64,000 bases of DNA from Abditibacterium sp. GTDB lineage: Bacteria > Armatimonadota > Abditibacteriia > Abditibacteriales > Abditibacteriaceae. This document shows, piece after piece, positions 38,786-51,910 of this stretch (positions are counted from its first letter, which is position 1; every line of letters begins with the position of its first letter). The notes under the pieces were generated by a model that saw nothing but the letters and a program-made list of their open reading frames with translations, did not search any database and had not been told where the DNA came from. The stretch lies in contig OZ251992.1 in assembly GCA_965246885.1 (NCBI GenBank), positions 2,752,001-2,816,000 of the forward strand, written 5' to 3'. The position numbers and the translations under genes were made by a program.

Positions 38786-40300
38786 CTACGCCAGCGTCAG
38801 CCCCGGCGCGTGGCCTTCTTCTTCGGCGTCGCCGCCTTCGGCCATGACCAGTTCGCCGTCCTCGTCTAACTCGCCGAGCATGGCTTCTTGAGCGAGGGCT
38901 TCCTCGATGACTTCTTCGTTCTCGTCGTCCAAGGAGTTGGCCGCCATTTGGACGGGCTGACCCGCTTCGTCGGTGATGACGGCGTGTTCGGTCAGGAAAT
39001 CAATGGCTTTGCGCTGGAGAATGCTCGTCACGACGGACTGGTAGGGCACCTGCTTGACAAGTTCTTCGGGCGGCGTTTGGCTCATCTGCGCCATCATCAT
39101 GTAGTGGTTGCCCACTTCGTCCTCGGAAACGGGGAACTTTTGGCCGCGCGCAATTTCGTCCAACACCAGTTCCGTTTTCAGTTCGTTCTCGATTTCCTCG
39201 CGCAGGTCGGCTTCCAACTGCTCTTGCGTGGAGTTGATGGCTTGCAAGTAGGCTTCGATGGTCGCGCCGTTCTGGGAGAGTTCCTGTTGGATGCCCGCCA
39301 CGCGGTCGGTCACGCGAGCGCTCACAAGCGCGCTGGGGACTTCGACGACCGACTTGTCCACGACCTGCTTGACGACTTCTTCGCGGGCTTCTTTGCGCGA
39401 CTCGCGCTCGCCGACTTGGGCGAGGTAGTCGCGCAGCTTGGTGTGAAGGTCAGCGACGTTCTCGGCGCCCGAAATTTGCGCGAACTCGTCGGTCACTTCG
39501 GGGATGACGCGCTCCTTGATGGCGGTGACTTTGACCTCGAACTCGGCGCTTTTGCCCGCCAGTTCGGGGTCGGGAAAGTCTTCCGGGTAGGCCTGCGTGA
39601 AGCGGCGCGTTTCGTCCAACTTTTGGCCGACCAGTTGGTCGTCAATGGCGGGCACGAAGCCGGACTCGCCCAAAACGAAGCCGCGCAGTTTGGCGGGTTC
39701 CTCGGAGCGCGGCTGGCCGTCCACGAAGACCTGCACGTCGGCGAAAATCACGTCGCTCATTTGCGCGCTCACTTCGCCACTGCCGCCTTCGTCCTCTTCT
39801 TTCTTGTTCTTGAGATAGGCGCGCTCCTCTTGCATTTGCGACAGAGCCTGTTGCACGTCTTCGTCGCTGATGTTGACGGTGCGCTTGGTGGCGCTCAGGC
39901 CTTCGGTGGAGCCGACGGTGATGTCGGGGCGCACGACCACGCGCGCGACGAAGGTGAAGGGCTTGTCGCCGTCGAAAGCGTCGAAGGAAAGTTCGTCCAC
40001 TTGAGCTTGGTCGAGGGGCACGACGCCCGCTTGCTGCACGGCGGCTTGGTAGGCGGCGGGCACGAGTTGGTCAGAGACCTCTTGGGAAATCGCCTCGTCG
40101 CCCACGTTGCGGCGCACGATGCCAGCCGGGATGGAGCCGGGGCGGAATCCGGGGATGCGGATGCGCTTGGAGAACTCTTTGATCGCGCGGTTGCGCGCGT
40201 CTTGCACTGCCGCAGGTGCGACTTCGATATGGAGCGACACGAGGCCGCCGTCCTGTTTTTCGACCGAGAGGTTGGAAAGTTGAATGCCGTTAGGTTGCAC
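38786..40300 (-). CDS. tig: Trigger factor
   Basis: IPGFRPG ribosome-binding signature, FKBP-like domain (FVPAIDDQLVG, YPEDFPDPELAGK), upstream of clpP. Confidence 0.93.
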   Translation of the reverse strand: MQPNGIQLSNLSVEKQDGGLVSLHIEVAPAAVQDARNRAIKEFSKRIRIPGFRPGSIPAGIVRRNVGDEAISQEVSDQLVPAAYQAAVQQAGVVPLDQAQVDELSFDAFDGDKPFTFVARVVVRPDITVGSTEGLSATKRTVNISDEDVQQALSQMQEERAYLKNKKEEDEGGSGEVSAQMSDVIFADVQVFVDGQPRSEEPAKLRGFVLGESGFVPAIDDQLVGQKLDETRRFTQAYPEDFPDPELAGKSAEFEVKVTAIKERVIPEVTDEFAQISGAENVADLHTKLRDYLAQVGERESRKEAREEVVKQVVDKSVVEVPSALVSARVTDRVAGIQQELSQNGATIEAYLQAINSTQEQLEADLREEIENELKTELVLDEIARGQKFPVSEDEVGNHYMMMAQMSQTPPEELVKQVPYQSVVTSILQRKAIDFLTEHAVITDEAGQPVQMAANSLDDENEEVIEEALAQEAMLGELDEDGELVMAEGGDAEEEGHAPGLTLA

Positions 40301-40436
40301 GCCAAGTCCTTATGGAACAGAGATTTCGCGCGGACACGCGCCAAAGGCGCGCGACGCGAGTGAACTGCCGGAAGCCACAAAAACGCCCCGCTCACGAGGA
40401 GTGCGCGGGGCGGTCAGGGGAATCCAAACAGAAAAA

Positions 40437-40509
40437 AGCGGAAGACGAGACTCGAACTCGCGACCCTCACCTTGGCAAGGTGATGCTCTACCAACTGAGC
40501 TACTTCCGC
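40437..40509 (-). tRNA. tRNA-Gly (GCC)
   Basis: Reverse complement GCGGAAGTAGCTCAGTTGGTAGAGCATCACCTTGCCAAGGTGAGGGTCGCGAGTTCGAGTCTCGTCTTCCGCT. Confidence 0.96.
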
Positions 40510-40543
40510 ATCTAAAGCCCCCTTTGTCTGGAAGGCAGGAGAG

Positions 40544-40573
40544 ATTTTAAGGGATTCGCGCCCCCCTTGGCAA
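40544..40573 (-). promoter_or_regulatory. Sigma70-type promoter for tRNA-Gly (and possibly tig)
   Basis: TTGCCA-18 bp-TAAAAT on the minus strand. Confidence 0.55.
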
Positions 40574-40634
40574 GGGGGCGCGGTAGAATTTCTTTTCTGG
40601 CGGCGAACTGCCTACACTCCCGGCGCCCTCAACC

Positions 40635-42005
40635 ATGAAAAAGCTCTTCGGTAGCGGCGGGCCGCTTGGCGTGTTTTCCCAATATCCGGCGCTCGCGCAA
40701 CTCGCCCTCGTTTCAACGTGCGCCGAGATGACGTGGGCGACCCTCTTGCTTGTCCTCGAATACTACTTCAAGGACGAACTGCTCGTCGGGCAAAGCTCGC
40801 AGTTCATCGCGTCCAAAGTCGCCCTCGCGTTTCTGGCGTTCACCGGCGCCGAAACGCTCTTCAAGTACCCGATGGGACGGCGCGCCGACCGCTACGGGCC
40901 GCGCCGCTTCGTGTTGATGGCCCTCGCCATCGGCGCGACCACGCCGCTTCTCATGTGGGGGTTCGGCGCCCTGCTGCGCCACTCGCACTACAACTGGGTG
41001 CCCTTCATCCCGCTCCGCATGGCCGACGGCTTTGCCGCCGCCGCCCTATGGCCCGCCATGTCCGCCCTCATGAGCCGCGCCGTTCCGCGCGAAGCCAAGG
41101 CAACGGCGATGAGCTTTTTCAACATGGCTTACATCGGCGGCTTGATTTTGGGGCCGCCTATTGGCTTGGCGTTGGGGCTGTTGTTCCACACCAACTTGTT
41201 TGTCTTCCCGTTTATGGCGGCCATCATGTGGGTCGGCTTTTTCCTCGCGCTTCGCATCATCCCACACACCGCGAAGATGGAGGGAGAGGGCGAATCGCTC
41301 GCCGAAGACATAGCGATGCTACGCAGCAAGCCCGTTCTGCTGCGCATGATGGCCTTGTATGCCCTGTCGCAAGTAGGCGTCGGCTTACTTGCTCCCACGC
41401 TCCCGCTTTACGTGGGAACGCAGTTCGGCATCGGACAAGCGGAAATTCCCAAACTGCTCCCGATTCCGGCGTTTATCCTGTTGGTCATCTCACTTCCCTT
41501 GGGGCGCTTACCGGACACCTTGGGCCGCGCCAAAAGCATCTGGATTTCCTATGCGCTCGCGGTTGCGGGCATGATCGGTATCGCGGGTTCGTCGCTGTTC
41601 CAACCCACAACCGGGCTAAACCACCTCTCGCTTGCCATTTTCGGCGCGGGCATGGGCGCGATGGTCGTCTCTTACATCCTCGGCACCCCCGCTTGGTTGG
41701 GCCTAACGTCGCTGCAAGTGGACGATTCCCAACAAGCGCGAGCGTTCTCGCTTATGCAGACCGCGCAAGGCGTGGGCGTCGTGATGGCGTATATCACTGT
41801 CGCATCGGCGGGGCATTTTCTGACCAAGGTTTCCAAGGGACTCAGCAAGTTGCACCACGCCGCCACTTCCAAGAACTACGACACCATTCCGCTTTCCATC
41901 TGGTTCTGGATTGCCCTCGGCGTTTTCGCGCTCTGCTTGGCGGGCACCCTCTTCTTCGTCAAAGAACCCACAGACGGACAGCAGGCAAAGGTTGCAAGCG
42001 AATAA
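40635..42005 (+). CDS. MFS transporter
   Basis: Motif A copies GRRADRYGPRR and GRLPDTLGRAK; about 12 TM segments. Confidence 0.9.
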   Translation: MKKLFGSGGPLGVFSQYPALAQLALVSTCAEMTWATLLLVLEYYFKDELLVGQSSQFIASKVALAFLAFTGAETLFKYPMGRRADRYGPRRFVLMALAIGATTPLLMWGFGALLRHSHYNWVPFIPLRMADGFAAAALWPAMSALMSRAVPREAKATAMSFFNMAYIGGLILGPPIGLALGLLFHTNLFVFPFMAAIMWVGFFLALRIIPHTAKMEGEGESLAEDIAMLRSKPVLLRMMALYALSQVGVGLLAPTLPLYVGTQFGIGQAEIPKLLPIPAFILLVISLPLGRLPDTLGRAKSIWISYALAVAGMIGIAGSSLFQPTTGLNHLSLAIFGAGMGAMVVSYILGTPAWLGLTSLQVDDSQQARAFSLMQTAQGVGVVMAYITVASAGHFLTKVSKGLSKLHHAATSKNYDTIPLSIWFWIALGVFALCLAGTLFFVKEPTDGQQAKVASE

Positions 42006-42113
42006 ATTCGCAGCCAGCGAGGTCGTCGGCCTTCGCCGACAGATGGCTGTTTCTGCATGCATCGCGTCGGCGAAGGCCGACGACCTCGCTGGCTGCGAAT
42101 TTATTCGCTTGCA
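41993..42113. repeat. Palindromic element with 48-bp perfect arms; contains the MFS stop codon
   Basis: tgcaagcgaataaattcgcagccagcgaggtcgtcggccttcgccgac and its exact reverse complement at 42066-42113. Confidence 0.92.
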
Positions 42114-42130
42114 GCAAAAGGAGTTGCAAC

Positions 42131-44095
42131 CTACCCCACATGCACCCCCGGACGCCGCGCAGGAATCGGCTCCGCTTCGCGCAAGACTTCCCTCGTAACG
42201 GGCGGCACATCTCCCCCGCCGAACAACAAGTAGCGAAACATGGCGGCGACGGGGTTCTCTTCGCTCCACGAGAAGTAAATTTGCGGCAAACGGCCCCCGT
42301 GCGTGTCGCGGATATGCAACAGGAGGGCGGCGAGGGCGTTGGGGATGGTGGTCGCTTCCACGCGGAGAATCTTGTGGCCAAAACGCTCCTCGCCCGTTAC
42401 CTTCACGACGCCGCCGAAGTCGCTCGCGTCGCGCACGGTCACTTCCACGAAGATGATGGCGTCACCGGGTAGGATGCGGTGGTCGTGCTGTTGCTGCGCC
42501 AGTTTCTCCTCGTATTCGGCGGCGTCGCGCGCGTCGGGTTCGTTGGCAATCAGGCGCACGATGCCTTCGGCGTGTTCTTGCGATTCGTCAATAAATTGCT
42601 GCGCGAGTGGGTCAATGTCAAAGCGCTCGACCCGCAGTTCCGTCGTGCGATAGATGCGCGACAGGATGGACACCGCAATGATGGACAGGATGAAGAACGA
42701 CGCGACGACCAGACCTTCGGGCCGCTCATGGATGTTCTGCACCGTCGTGTACAAGAACACGAGCGCTACGACCGCGAAAAACGCGGCCAAGGCGTTTTGC
42801 CCCTTGGAGCGCGCCGACAGCGCCGCCGCAACCGAAGCCGAAGTAATCAGCACCAGCACTCCCGTCGCGTATGCGGCGCCTTGCGCATCCACGCTCGCGT
42901 GGAAGTATAACGTGACCGCAAACGCCACAATCGTGAACACCAGCGCCAAAGGGCGCGACGCCTTGGCCCAATCGGGCGCCATGCCATAACGCGGTAGGTA
43001 GCGCGGCACCAGATTAAGCAGCGCCGCCATCGCCGACGCCCCGGCGAACCACAAAATGGTGATGGTGGAGATGTCATACAGCGTGCCGAAGCCCCGCCCA
43101 ACGTAGTGCTCCGCCAGATAAGCCAGCGCGCGCCCATTCGCTTCGCCCGCCGGAAGGTTCTTGACCGGGTCGGCGGCGGCAAATTCTTCGGGCTTGATAA
43201 GAAAAATGGTGGCGACGCTCGACGTAAGCAAGAAGACGCTCATCGTAAGTGCGGCGGCCATCAATAATTTCTTGGTATTTGCGACACGCAATGCGAGGTC
43301 TTCGCCCTTGGAACGCACGAGCGGCATCACGGCCACACCGGTTTCAAAACCGGACAAGCCCAGCGCCAGCGCGGGAAACACGAGAACCGACTGCTTAAAG
43401 CCGCCCAACCACGAGCCGCGCTCCAGCAGCAAACGCCCTTGCCAGTCCGCCACAAAATGCGGGTGGTGGAACAGATACACCAGCGCCGCCCCAATCGTCA
43501 CCACGTTCAGCGCCAGATAAAGCAGCACCAGCACCACCGCGATGCCGATGGCTTCCTTGAATCCTTTCAAGAACACCCCGCCCAATAAGCCGATCAGCAC
43601 GAGCGTAATCAAAATCTCGTGCCCTGCCACATAGGGCTTGGCGTAGTGGTTCTCGGCCATGTGCGCCGCCGCGTCCGCCGCGCTCAGTGTGATGGTGATG
43701 ATGAAATCGGTCGCCGCAAAGCCCAGTAATACCAGAACGAACAGCTTGCCTTTCCAGCCGGACAGCAAGCGCTCCAACATCGCCACCGACCCTTCGCCGT
43801 GCGGCGATTCGCGCGCCACCCGCGAATACACCGGCACGGCGCCAAACAGGGTAATGAGCACCAGAATGAAGGTCGCAATGGGCGCCACCGCCCCCGCCGC
43901 CAGTGCCGCGATGCCCGCTTGATACGCGAGAGACGAGAAATAGTCCACGCCCGTCAAGCACATCACCTGCGGCCAAGGATGCGTTTTGTGCTCGCCCTTG
44001 GGCGCGACATAGGCGCCCTCAAAATCGCCCGCCGTTTTGGGCGATTTGGCGTGCGCAGAGGAATCGGTTTCCAATAACCAACTTTTTAAAGACAT
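42131..44095 (-). CDS. APC-superfamily permease (amino acid/K+ transporter, YdaO/KimA-like) with cytoplasmic C-terminal domain
   Basis: [42 protein letters not shown]; multi-TM plus soluble tail. Confidence 0.8.
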   Translation of the reverse strand: MSLKSWLLETDSSAHAKSPKTAGDFEGAYVAPKGEHKTHPWPQVMCLTGVDYFSSLAYQAGIAALAAGAVAPIATFILVLITLFGAVPVYSRVARESPHGEGSVAMLERLLSGWKGKLFVLVLLGFAATDFIITITLSAADAAAHMAENHYAKPYVAGHEILITLVLIGLLGGVFLKGFKEAIGIAVVLVLLYLALNVVTIGAALVYLFHHPHFVADWQGRLLLERGSWLGGFKQSVLVFPALALGLSGFETGVAVMPLVRSKGEDLALRVANTKKLLMAAALTMSVFLLTSSVATIFLIKPEEFAAADPVKNLPAGEANGRALAYLAEHYVGRGFGTLYDISTITILWFAGASAMAALLNLVPRYLPRYGMAPDWAKASRPLALVFTIVAFAVTLYFHASVDAQGAAYATGVLVLITSASVAAALSARSKGQNALAAFFAVVALVFLYTTVQNIHERPEGLVVASFFILSIIAVSILSRIYRTTELRVERFDIDPLAQQFIDESQEHAEGIVRLIANEPDARDAAEYEEKLAQQQHDHRILPGDAIIFVEVTVRDASDFGGVVKVTGEERFGHKILRVEATTIPNALAALLLHIRDTHGGRLPQIYFSWSEENPVAAMFRYLLFGGGDVPPVTREVLREAEPIPARRPGVHVG

Positions 44096-44139
44096 GAGGC
44101 GCCGCCCAGTGTGGACAAATATCGCGCCACCGCCGGGGC

Positions 44140-44248
44140 CAGACGTCCCGCACGCGCCGACAGACGTCTGGCAGTCAGTGACAGACGTCCGGGAATCGCC
44201 GACAGACGTTTGGGAATCAATGACAGACGTCCGGGAATGAGTGACAGA
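44140..44248. repeat. 21-nt-period tandem array (5+ units), reverse-complement relative of 7727-7873
   Basis: cagacgt recurs at 44140, 44161, 44182, 44203 and 44224; unit cagacgtccgggaatcgccga matches the reverse complement of the 7790 units. Confidence 0.9.
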
Positions 44249-44289
44249 AGGCGGCGGCGGCGCGGGGGAAGGAGTAAACCTTTCGGCAG

Positions 44290-45555
44290 ATGCTTGAATT
44301 CTACCGCGCGCGGGGACGCGAGTGGGGCCGCACGCTCGCCATCGTCCTGCCCATTGCGTTGGTGACGGGCGCGGCGTGCGCGCTGTTTTTGCGCTTGCTC
44401 GATGGCGTGACCCGCGCGCGCTTTGTGCATCCGGCGCTGTTGTGGGCGCTCCCCCTCGCGGGCGTGGGCGTCGCGTATCTGTACGAGCGGCACGGCAAGA
44501 ACGCGGCCGAAGGGAACAACCTGATACTCAGCGCTATCCATAGCGCGCGAAGTGAGGCGCCTGATGACGACTCCTCGCTGGTGCCGCGCCGCATGGCGCC
44601 GCTCATTCTGCTGGCGACGCTGGTCACGCACCTTTTTGGCGGCAGCGCGGGGCGCGAAGGAACGGCGGTGCAAATGGGTGGGGCGCTCGCGGCAAGTTGG
44701 GCCAGAGTGCTCCGTTTGGACGCGCGAAGCAAGCGGCTCGCGCTGCTATGCGGATTGGCGGCGGGGTTCGCGGGGGTGTTCGGGACGCCGCTTGCGGGAG
44801 CCGTCTTCGCGCTGGAAGTGCTGTGGCGCGGGCGCTTGGAAACCGAGGACGCGCCGATGTGTTTGCTCGCGGCGCTGGGAGCGGACTGGTTTTCGCGCGC
44901 GTTGGGGACGCACCACGAGACGTATGTGCTGACGTGGGTGCCATCGGCGGGCGTGGGCGAGATTACGTTGGCCGTGAAAGTGGCGCTCGCGGCCATCGCG
45001 TTCGGCTGGGCGGCGCGCGGCTTTATCGAGCTAACCGAGCGGCTCGCGCACCTGTTCAAAACCCGCCTCAAAAACCCACTCGCGCGCCCATTCGTCGGCG
45101 GCATCGGGATAATTTTGCTGACGGGAGCCATAGGCACGCGCGATTATTTGGGGCTGTCCGTCAGTTCGCCCGACCCGCGCGCGGTGACGCTCGCATCGGC
45201 GTTTGGGGGCGGGGGCGTGCCGCCGTTCGCGTGGCTGGGAAAATTAGTTTTCACGGCGTTAACGCTTGGAAGCGGCTTCAAAGGCGGTGAGGTGACGCCG
45301 CTCTTTTTCGTTGGCGCGACGTTGGGCCATGCGCTCGCAGGGCCGTTAGGTGTCCCGGTTGCGCTTCTCGCGGCCATCGGTTTTGTGGCGGTCTTCGCGG
45401 GCGCCTCGAAAACGCCGCTCGCTTCGACGCTCCTTGGCATCGAGCTATTTGGTGCGCATGGAGCGGCCTTGTTCGCAGTTGCCTGTTTCGTGGCAACGCG
45501 GGCCGGTGGGTCGCGGGGGTTGTATGGGGCGCAGGTAATTGCAGCGAGCGAATGA
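44290..45555 (+). CDS. eriC: CLC family transporter, CLC-F (fluoride/H+ antiporter) clade
   Basis: GNNLI, GREGT and GEVTP, the established CLC-F signature motifs. Confidence 0.88.
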   Translation: MLEFYRARGREWGRTLAIVLPIALVTGAACALFLRLLDGVTRARFVHPALLWALPLAGVGVAYLYERHGKNAAEGNNLILSAIHSARSEAPDDDSSLVPRRMAPLILLATLVTHLFGGSAGREGTAVQMGGALAASWARVLRLDARSKRLALLCGLAAGFAGVFGTPLAGAVFALEVLWRGRLETEDAPMCLLAALGADWFSRALGTHHETYVLTWVPSAGVGEITLAVKVALAAIAFGWAARGFIELTERLAHLFKTRLKNPLARPFVGGIGIILLTGAIGTRDYLGLSVSSPDPRAVTLASAFGGGGVPPFAWLGKLVFTALTLGSGFKGGEVTPLFFVGATLGHALAGPLGVPVALLAAIGFVAVFAGASKTPLASTLLGIELFGAHGAALFAVACFVATRAGGSRGLYGAQVIAASE

Positions 45556-45644
45556 ATTCGCAGCCAGCAAGAGCGTCAACCTTCGTTGACGGGATTTGTC
45601 GGCGAAGGTCGACAATCTCGCTGGCTGCGAATTCATTCGCTCGC
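45544..45644. repeat. Palindromic element of the same family as 41993-42113; contains the CLC-F stop codon
   Basis: gcgagcgaatgaattcgcagccagc ... gctggctgcgaattcattcgctcgc. Confidence 0.9.
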
Positions 45645-45695
45645 CCATACCACTCGTAAAGCTGGCCCCGGAGTTGCGCCACTGCCCGACGAAAT

Positions 45696-48292
<2,597 letters not shown>

Positions 48293-48294
<2 letters not shown>

Positions 48295-48374
48295 GTGCGG
48301 AATGTGGAGTGCGGAGTGCGGAATAGCTGAGGTTGTTCCTTCATTTCGCACTCCGCACTCGACGCTCCGCACTC
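48293..48374. repeat. Inverted block of 7-bp tandem repeats between atpD and atpC
   Basis: gagtgcg-type units (gagtgcg gaatgtg gagtgcg gagtgcg) followed by cgcactc-type units. Confidence 0.8.
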
Positions 48375-48378
48375 GAAA

Positions 48379-48789
48379 ATGGCTACCTACTCTTTATCCA
48401 TCGTCACGCCCGAACGGGAGATATTCGCGGCGCCCGTCGAATCGGCGCAGATGCCCGGCATGGAAGGCTCCTTTGGCGTCTTGTCCAACCATGCGCCGCT
48501 CGTCGCCGCGCTTTCGCCCGGTTTAGTGCGCATCGGCGACGCCGATGGCCGCGAACTGCGCCTTTTCATCGGAGGCGGCTTCTTCCAAGTCTCGAATAAC
48601 CAAGCGCAACTTCTCGCGGACAGCGCCGAGTTCGCGTCGGAAATCAACGTCGAGCGCGCCAACGCGTCACTCGACCGCGCCCAGTCGCGCTTGGCGGGCC
48701 GCATGGACGGCGAAATCCTCCAACGCGAACGCGCCGAAGCCGCCCTCAGCCGCGCCCGCGCAAGGGTGCGCGTCGCGTCAGGAAGTTAA
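48379..48789 (+). CDS. atpC: ATP synthase F1 epsilon subunit
   Basis: LSIVTPER, PGMEGSFGVLSNHAPL, IGGGFFQV, ALSRARARV. Confidence 0.96.
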   Translation: MATYSLSIVTPEREIFAAPVESAQMPGMEGSFGVLSNHAPLVAALSPGLVRIGDADGRELRLFIGGGFFQVSNNQAQLLADSAEFASEINVERANASLDRAQSRLAGRMDGEILQRERAEAALSRARARVRVASGS

Positions 48790-48826
48790 ACCAAAACTGC
48801 CCCGCCATCAGGGGCAGTTTTGGTTT
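48788..48826 (+). terminator. Intrinsic terminator after atpC
   Basis: aaaccaaaactgcccc-gccatca-ggggcagttttggttt. Confidence 0.8.
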
Positions 48827-48860
48827 GTCGGGCACCCGATTCGCAAACGGGCGGAGTGCC

Positions 48861-49352
48861 ATGAGCCAATCATCCAGCAGTTCCAGTTCCTCATCGAGCG
48901 AGACCGCTCACCGCGACTTCGAGTCGTCGCTCCAAGTCAACGCCAGTCCCGAACAGGTCTTCGATTTCATCGCGGACATTAACAACTTGCCCAAATATCT
49001 GCCCACCACCAAAGCCGCGCAGTCGCAGGGGCCGGAGCGCGTGCGTGTCCAAGGCGAAGCGAACGGCCACCCATACGACGGCGACGGCTACTTGCGCCCC
49101 AACCGCGATGCCCTGCGCCTCGAATGGGGCGCCGATGAGGATTATTATTCCGGTTGGATGCAGGTCGAAAAAGCGGGCGACGGCGCCAAAGTCACCGTCC
49201 ACATCGGCTTCAAAGGCTCGCCTCCAGGACGCAGTGACGAGGACGCCCCGCCGCCTTCGCAAGTGCAAGAAGGCTTGGACAAAGCCCTCCAATCCATTCA
49301 GAACTATGTTGAGGGAAAAGGCGGCAAAGAAGAACCCAGCGCCGCGACTTGA
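48861..49352 (+). CDS. SRPBCC (START/polyketide cyclase-like) family protein
   Basis: VNASPEQVFDFIADINNLPKYLP; ATG at 48861. Confidence 0.8.
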   Translation: MSQSSSSSSSSSSETAHRDFESSLQVNASPEQVFDFIADINNLPKYLPTTKAAQSQGPERVRVQGEANGHPYDGDGYLRPNRDALRLEWGADEDYYSGWMQVEKAGDGAKVTVHIGFKGSPPGRSDEDAPPPSQVQEGLDKALQSIQNYVEGKGGKEEPSAAT

Positions 49353-49361
49353 ACGTGGGGC

Positions 49362-49395
49362 GCCCGCCGCAACTCCCGTTGCGGCGGGCTTTTTT
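49362..49395 (+). terminator. Intrinsic terminator
   Basis: gcccgccgcaac-tccc-gttgcggcgggc followed by tttttt. Confidence 0.85.
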
Positions 49396-49544
49396 ATACG
49401 CGCGACACTACAGATGCCTGATTTGAGGCATACACCGACAGGGACAAGGAGCGTAAAGCGTTATACTGCGGCGGTTTTCGAGGCAACACGCGGGCCGTCA
49501 GGCTCGCTTCCCGCCCCACATCGCAGCTCGCATCGAGGCCCACA

Positions 49545-50861
49545 ATGAACCAAGACTCTATGTCCCTTTCCAAGAGCGAAAAAACGCGCGCCTGCTTTCT
49601 CATCGAAGGCGGCTACCGCTTGCAAGGCGAAATCAACGTGTCCGGCTCGAAGAACTCGTCCCTTCCGATTCTCACCGCCGCCCTGCTCGCTTCCTCTGGC
49701 CAGTGCGTGTTGCACAACGTGCCGCGCATCTCTGACACCGATTTGATGTGCCAGATGCTCGAATCACTTGGCGCCCGCGTTCACCGCGAAGGAAACGCCG
49801 TTGTGGTGGATGCTTCCCATCTTTCGACGCACGTCGCGCCCGATGGCTTGGTGCGCGCCATGCGCGCTTCGTTTTATGTCGCCGCCCCGCTTTTGGCCCG
49901 CTTGCACAAGGCCGAAGTGCCACTTCCCGGCGGGTGCGTGTTGGGGCCGCGCCCGGTCAACTACCACATAGACGCGTTCACCGCGATGGGCGCGGAGATT
50001 CAAATCGAACACGGCGCCATGATCGCCAACGCTCCGGAATGGAACGGCGCCCGCATCTACTTGGAGCCGAAAAACTCCAGCGTGGGCGCCACCGTCAACA
50101 TCATGATGGCCGCGTGCTTGGCGAAGGGCACAACGACCATCGAGAATGCAGCCCGCGAGCCGGAAGTGTTGAACTTGGCCGAGTTCCTCAACAAAATGGG
50201 CGGCAAAGTCTGCGGCGCGGGCACCTCCACGATCCATATCGAGGGCGTCGAAGCCTTGCACGGCGCCGAGCACGCCGTTTATAACGACCGCATCGAAGCC
50301 GGAACTTTCTTGGCGGCGGCGGGCCTGACGGGAGGCGACGTGACCGTGCGCGGACTCAACGCTTCACACCTGCCGATTTTCCTTGACAAGCTCTCCGAGG
50401 CGGGCGTGTTCATCCAATCGGGCGACAACTGGATTCGCGCTTCGCGCAACTCGCACTCCCTGCGCGCCGTTGACGTTTCGACCGCCGCTTTCCCCGGCTT
50501 CGCCACCGACTTGCAGCCGCCTTTCGTCGCCATGATGTTGCGTGCCGATGGCCGCGCCGCCATTCACGAGAACCTGTATGACGGGCGCTTCAACTATATC
50601 CCCGAATTGCAACGCATGGGCGCCGATATAGACCTCGACGGCACGACGGCCCTCATCCAAGGCGTGCCGCGCTTATCCGGCGCCGAAGTGATGTCGACCG
50701 ACCTGCGCGCCGGTGCCGCCCTCGTGCTTGCGGGCCTCGTTGCCGAAGGCGAAACGCGCGTCTCGAAGATTCACTACATAGACCGGGGCTACGAAGACTT
50801 TGCCGGGAAACTCAACGCGCTCGGCGCGCATATTTCACGCGAAGCCGTGAGCGTGAGCTAA
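49545..50861 (+). CDS. murA: UDP-N-acetylglucosamine 1-carboxyvinyltransferase
   Basis: [64 protein letters not shown]. Confidence 0.97.
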   Translation: MNQDSMSLSKSEKTRACFLIEGGYRLQGEINVSGSKNSSLPILTAALLASSGQCVLHNVPRISDTDLMCQMLESLGARVHREGNAVVVDASHLSTHVAPDGLVRAMRASFYVAAPLLARLHKAEVPLPGGCVLGPRPVNYHIDAFTAMGAEIQIEHGAMIANAPEWNGARIYLEPKNSSVGATVNIMMAACLAKGTTTIENAAREPEVLNLAEFLNKMGGKVCGAGTSTIHIEGVEALHGAEHAVYNDRIEAGTFLAAAGLTGGDVTVRGLNASHLPIFLDKLSEAGVFIQSGDNWIRASRNSHSLRAVDVSTAAFPGFATDLQPPFVAMMLRADGRAAIHENLYDGRFNYIPELQRMGADIDLDGTTALIQGVPRLSGAEVMSTDLRAGAALVLAGLVAEGETRVSKIHYIDRGYEDFAGKLNALGAHISREAVSVS

Positions 50862-50873
50862 AGCGCGCGAGCC

Positions 50874-51890
50874 ATGCTTTCCCGCGACCTTGGCGTTGAC
50901 ATCGGCACGTCCAACCTGCGCGTGTTTCAGCGCGGGCGCGGCATCGTCGTGCGCGAGCCGTCCGTCTTGGCTTATGCCAATGGCACCGCCGCGCCACGCG
51001 CTTATGGGGGTGAAGCCGCCAAACTCCTTGGCCGCGCGCCGGACACGCTCGACATCGTGCATCCTATGCGCGGCGGAGCCATTGCCTCATACGTGGGCGC
51101 CCAAGCGTTGCTTTCGCACTTCCTGAGCGAGTTTGGCGGCGGACGTTCTTTTCTCAAACCGCGCGTGGTAGTGGGCGTGCCGTCGGGTATCACGCCCGTC
51201 GAGCGCCAAGCGGTTCTCGATGCTTGCCGTTTGGCGGGCGCGCGCGACGCGGTTTCGGTCGAGTCGCCAATGGCGGCGGCGCTCGGCTTGGGCCTTCCCA
51301 TCGCTGACCCGCAGGGGCACCTCATCGTGGACATTGGCGGCGGCACGACCGATGTCGCCGTCATCTCGCTGGGCGGCATTGTGGTTTCCCAATCGGTGCG
51401 CGTGGGGGGCAACGATTTTGACGAAGCCATCCACCGCTCCATCAAGCGCAATCACGCCATCGTCATCGGCGAGCGCACGGCGGAGGAAGTCAAAATGGCC
51501 ATCGGCGGCGCGTGGGAGTTGCCCGAAGAACTTGAATTTGAAGTGCGCGGGCGCGCCATGAGCGACGGGATGCCCAAGATCGTGCGCGTGTCGAGCATCG
51601 AAACGCGCATCGCCATCTACGACCTCGTCGGGCAAATCGTCACGTGCATCCGCTCGGTCTTGGAAGAAACCCCGCCGGAGTTGGTCAACGACATTGCGAT
51701 GGGCGGCCTCTGGCTGTCGGGCGGGAGCGCTCTGCTGCGCGGCTTGCCCGAACGCCTCCACTTCGAGACCGGCTTGGACGTGCACCATTCCGACGCGCCC
51801 GATACCAACGTCATCAACGGCTTGGGCATGGTGCTCGAACACATCGGCGCCCTGAGCGAAACGCACCTGCCGCTCGTCAAAGCAAGCTAA
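50874..51890 (+). CDS. mreB: MreB/Mbl-like rod shape-determining actin homolog
   Basis: DLGVDIGTSN, EPSV, VPSGITPVERQAV, VDIGGGTTDVAVISLGG, IGERTAEEVK, ETPPEL. Confidence 0.9.
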   Translation: MLSRDLGVDIGTSNLRVFQRGRGIVVREPSVLAYANGTAAPRAYGGEAAKLLGRAPDTLDIVHPMRGGAIASYVGAQALLSHFLSEFGGGRSFLKPRVVVGVPSGITPVERQAVLDACRLAGARDAVSVESPMAAALGLGLPIADPQGHLIVDIGGGTTDVAVISLGGIVVSQSVRVGGNDFDEAIHRSIKRNHAIVIGERTAEEVKMAIGGAWELPEELEFEVRGRAMSDGMPKIVRVSSIETRIAIYDLVGQIVTCIRSVLEETPPELVNDIAMGGLWLSGGSALLRGLPERLHFETGLDVHHSDAPDTNVINGLGMVLEHIGALSETHLPLVKAS

Positions 51891-51910
51891 ACGGCGACGC
51901 CTCGCCCCTG

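Noticed and set aside
44250..44290. Fluoride riboswitch upstream of CLC-F
   Set aside because: No GGxGATGG...CTGATGAC pattern upstream. The ctgatgac at about 44561 is inside the coding sequence and lacks the 5' half.
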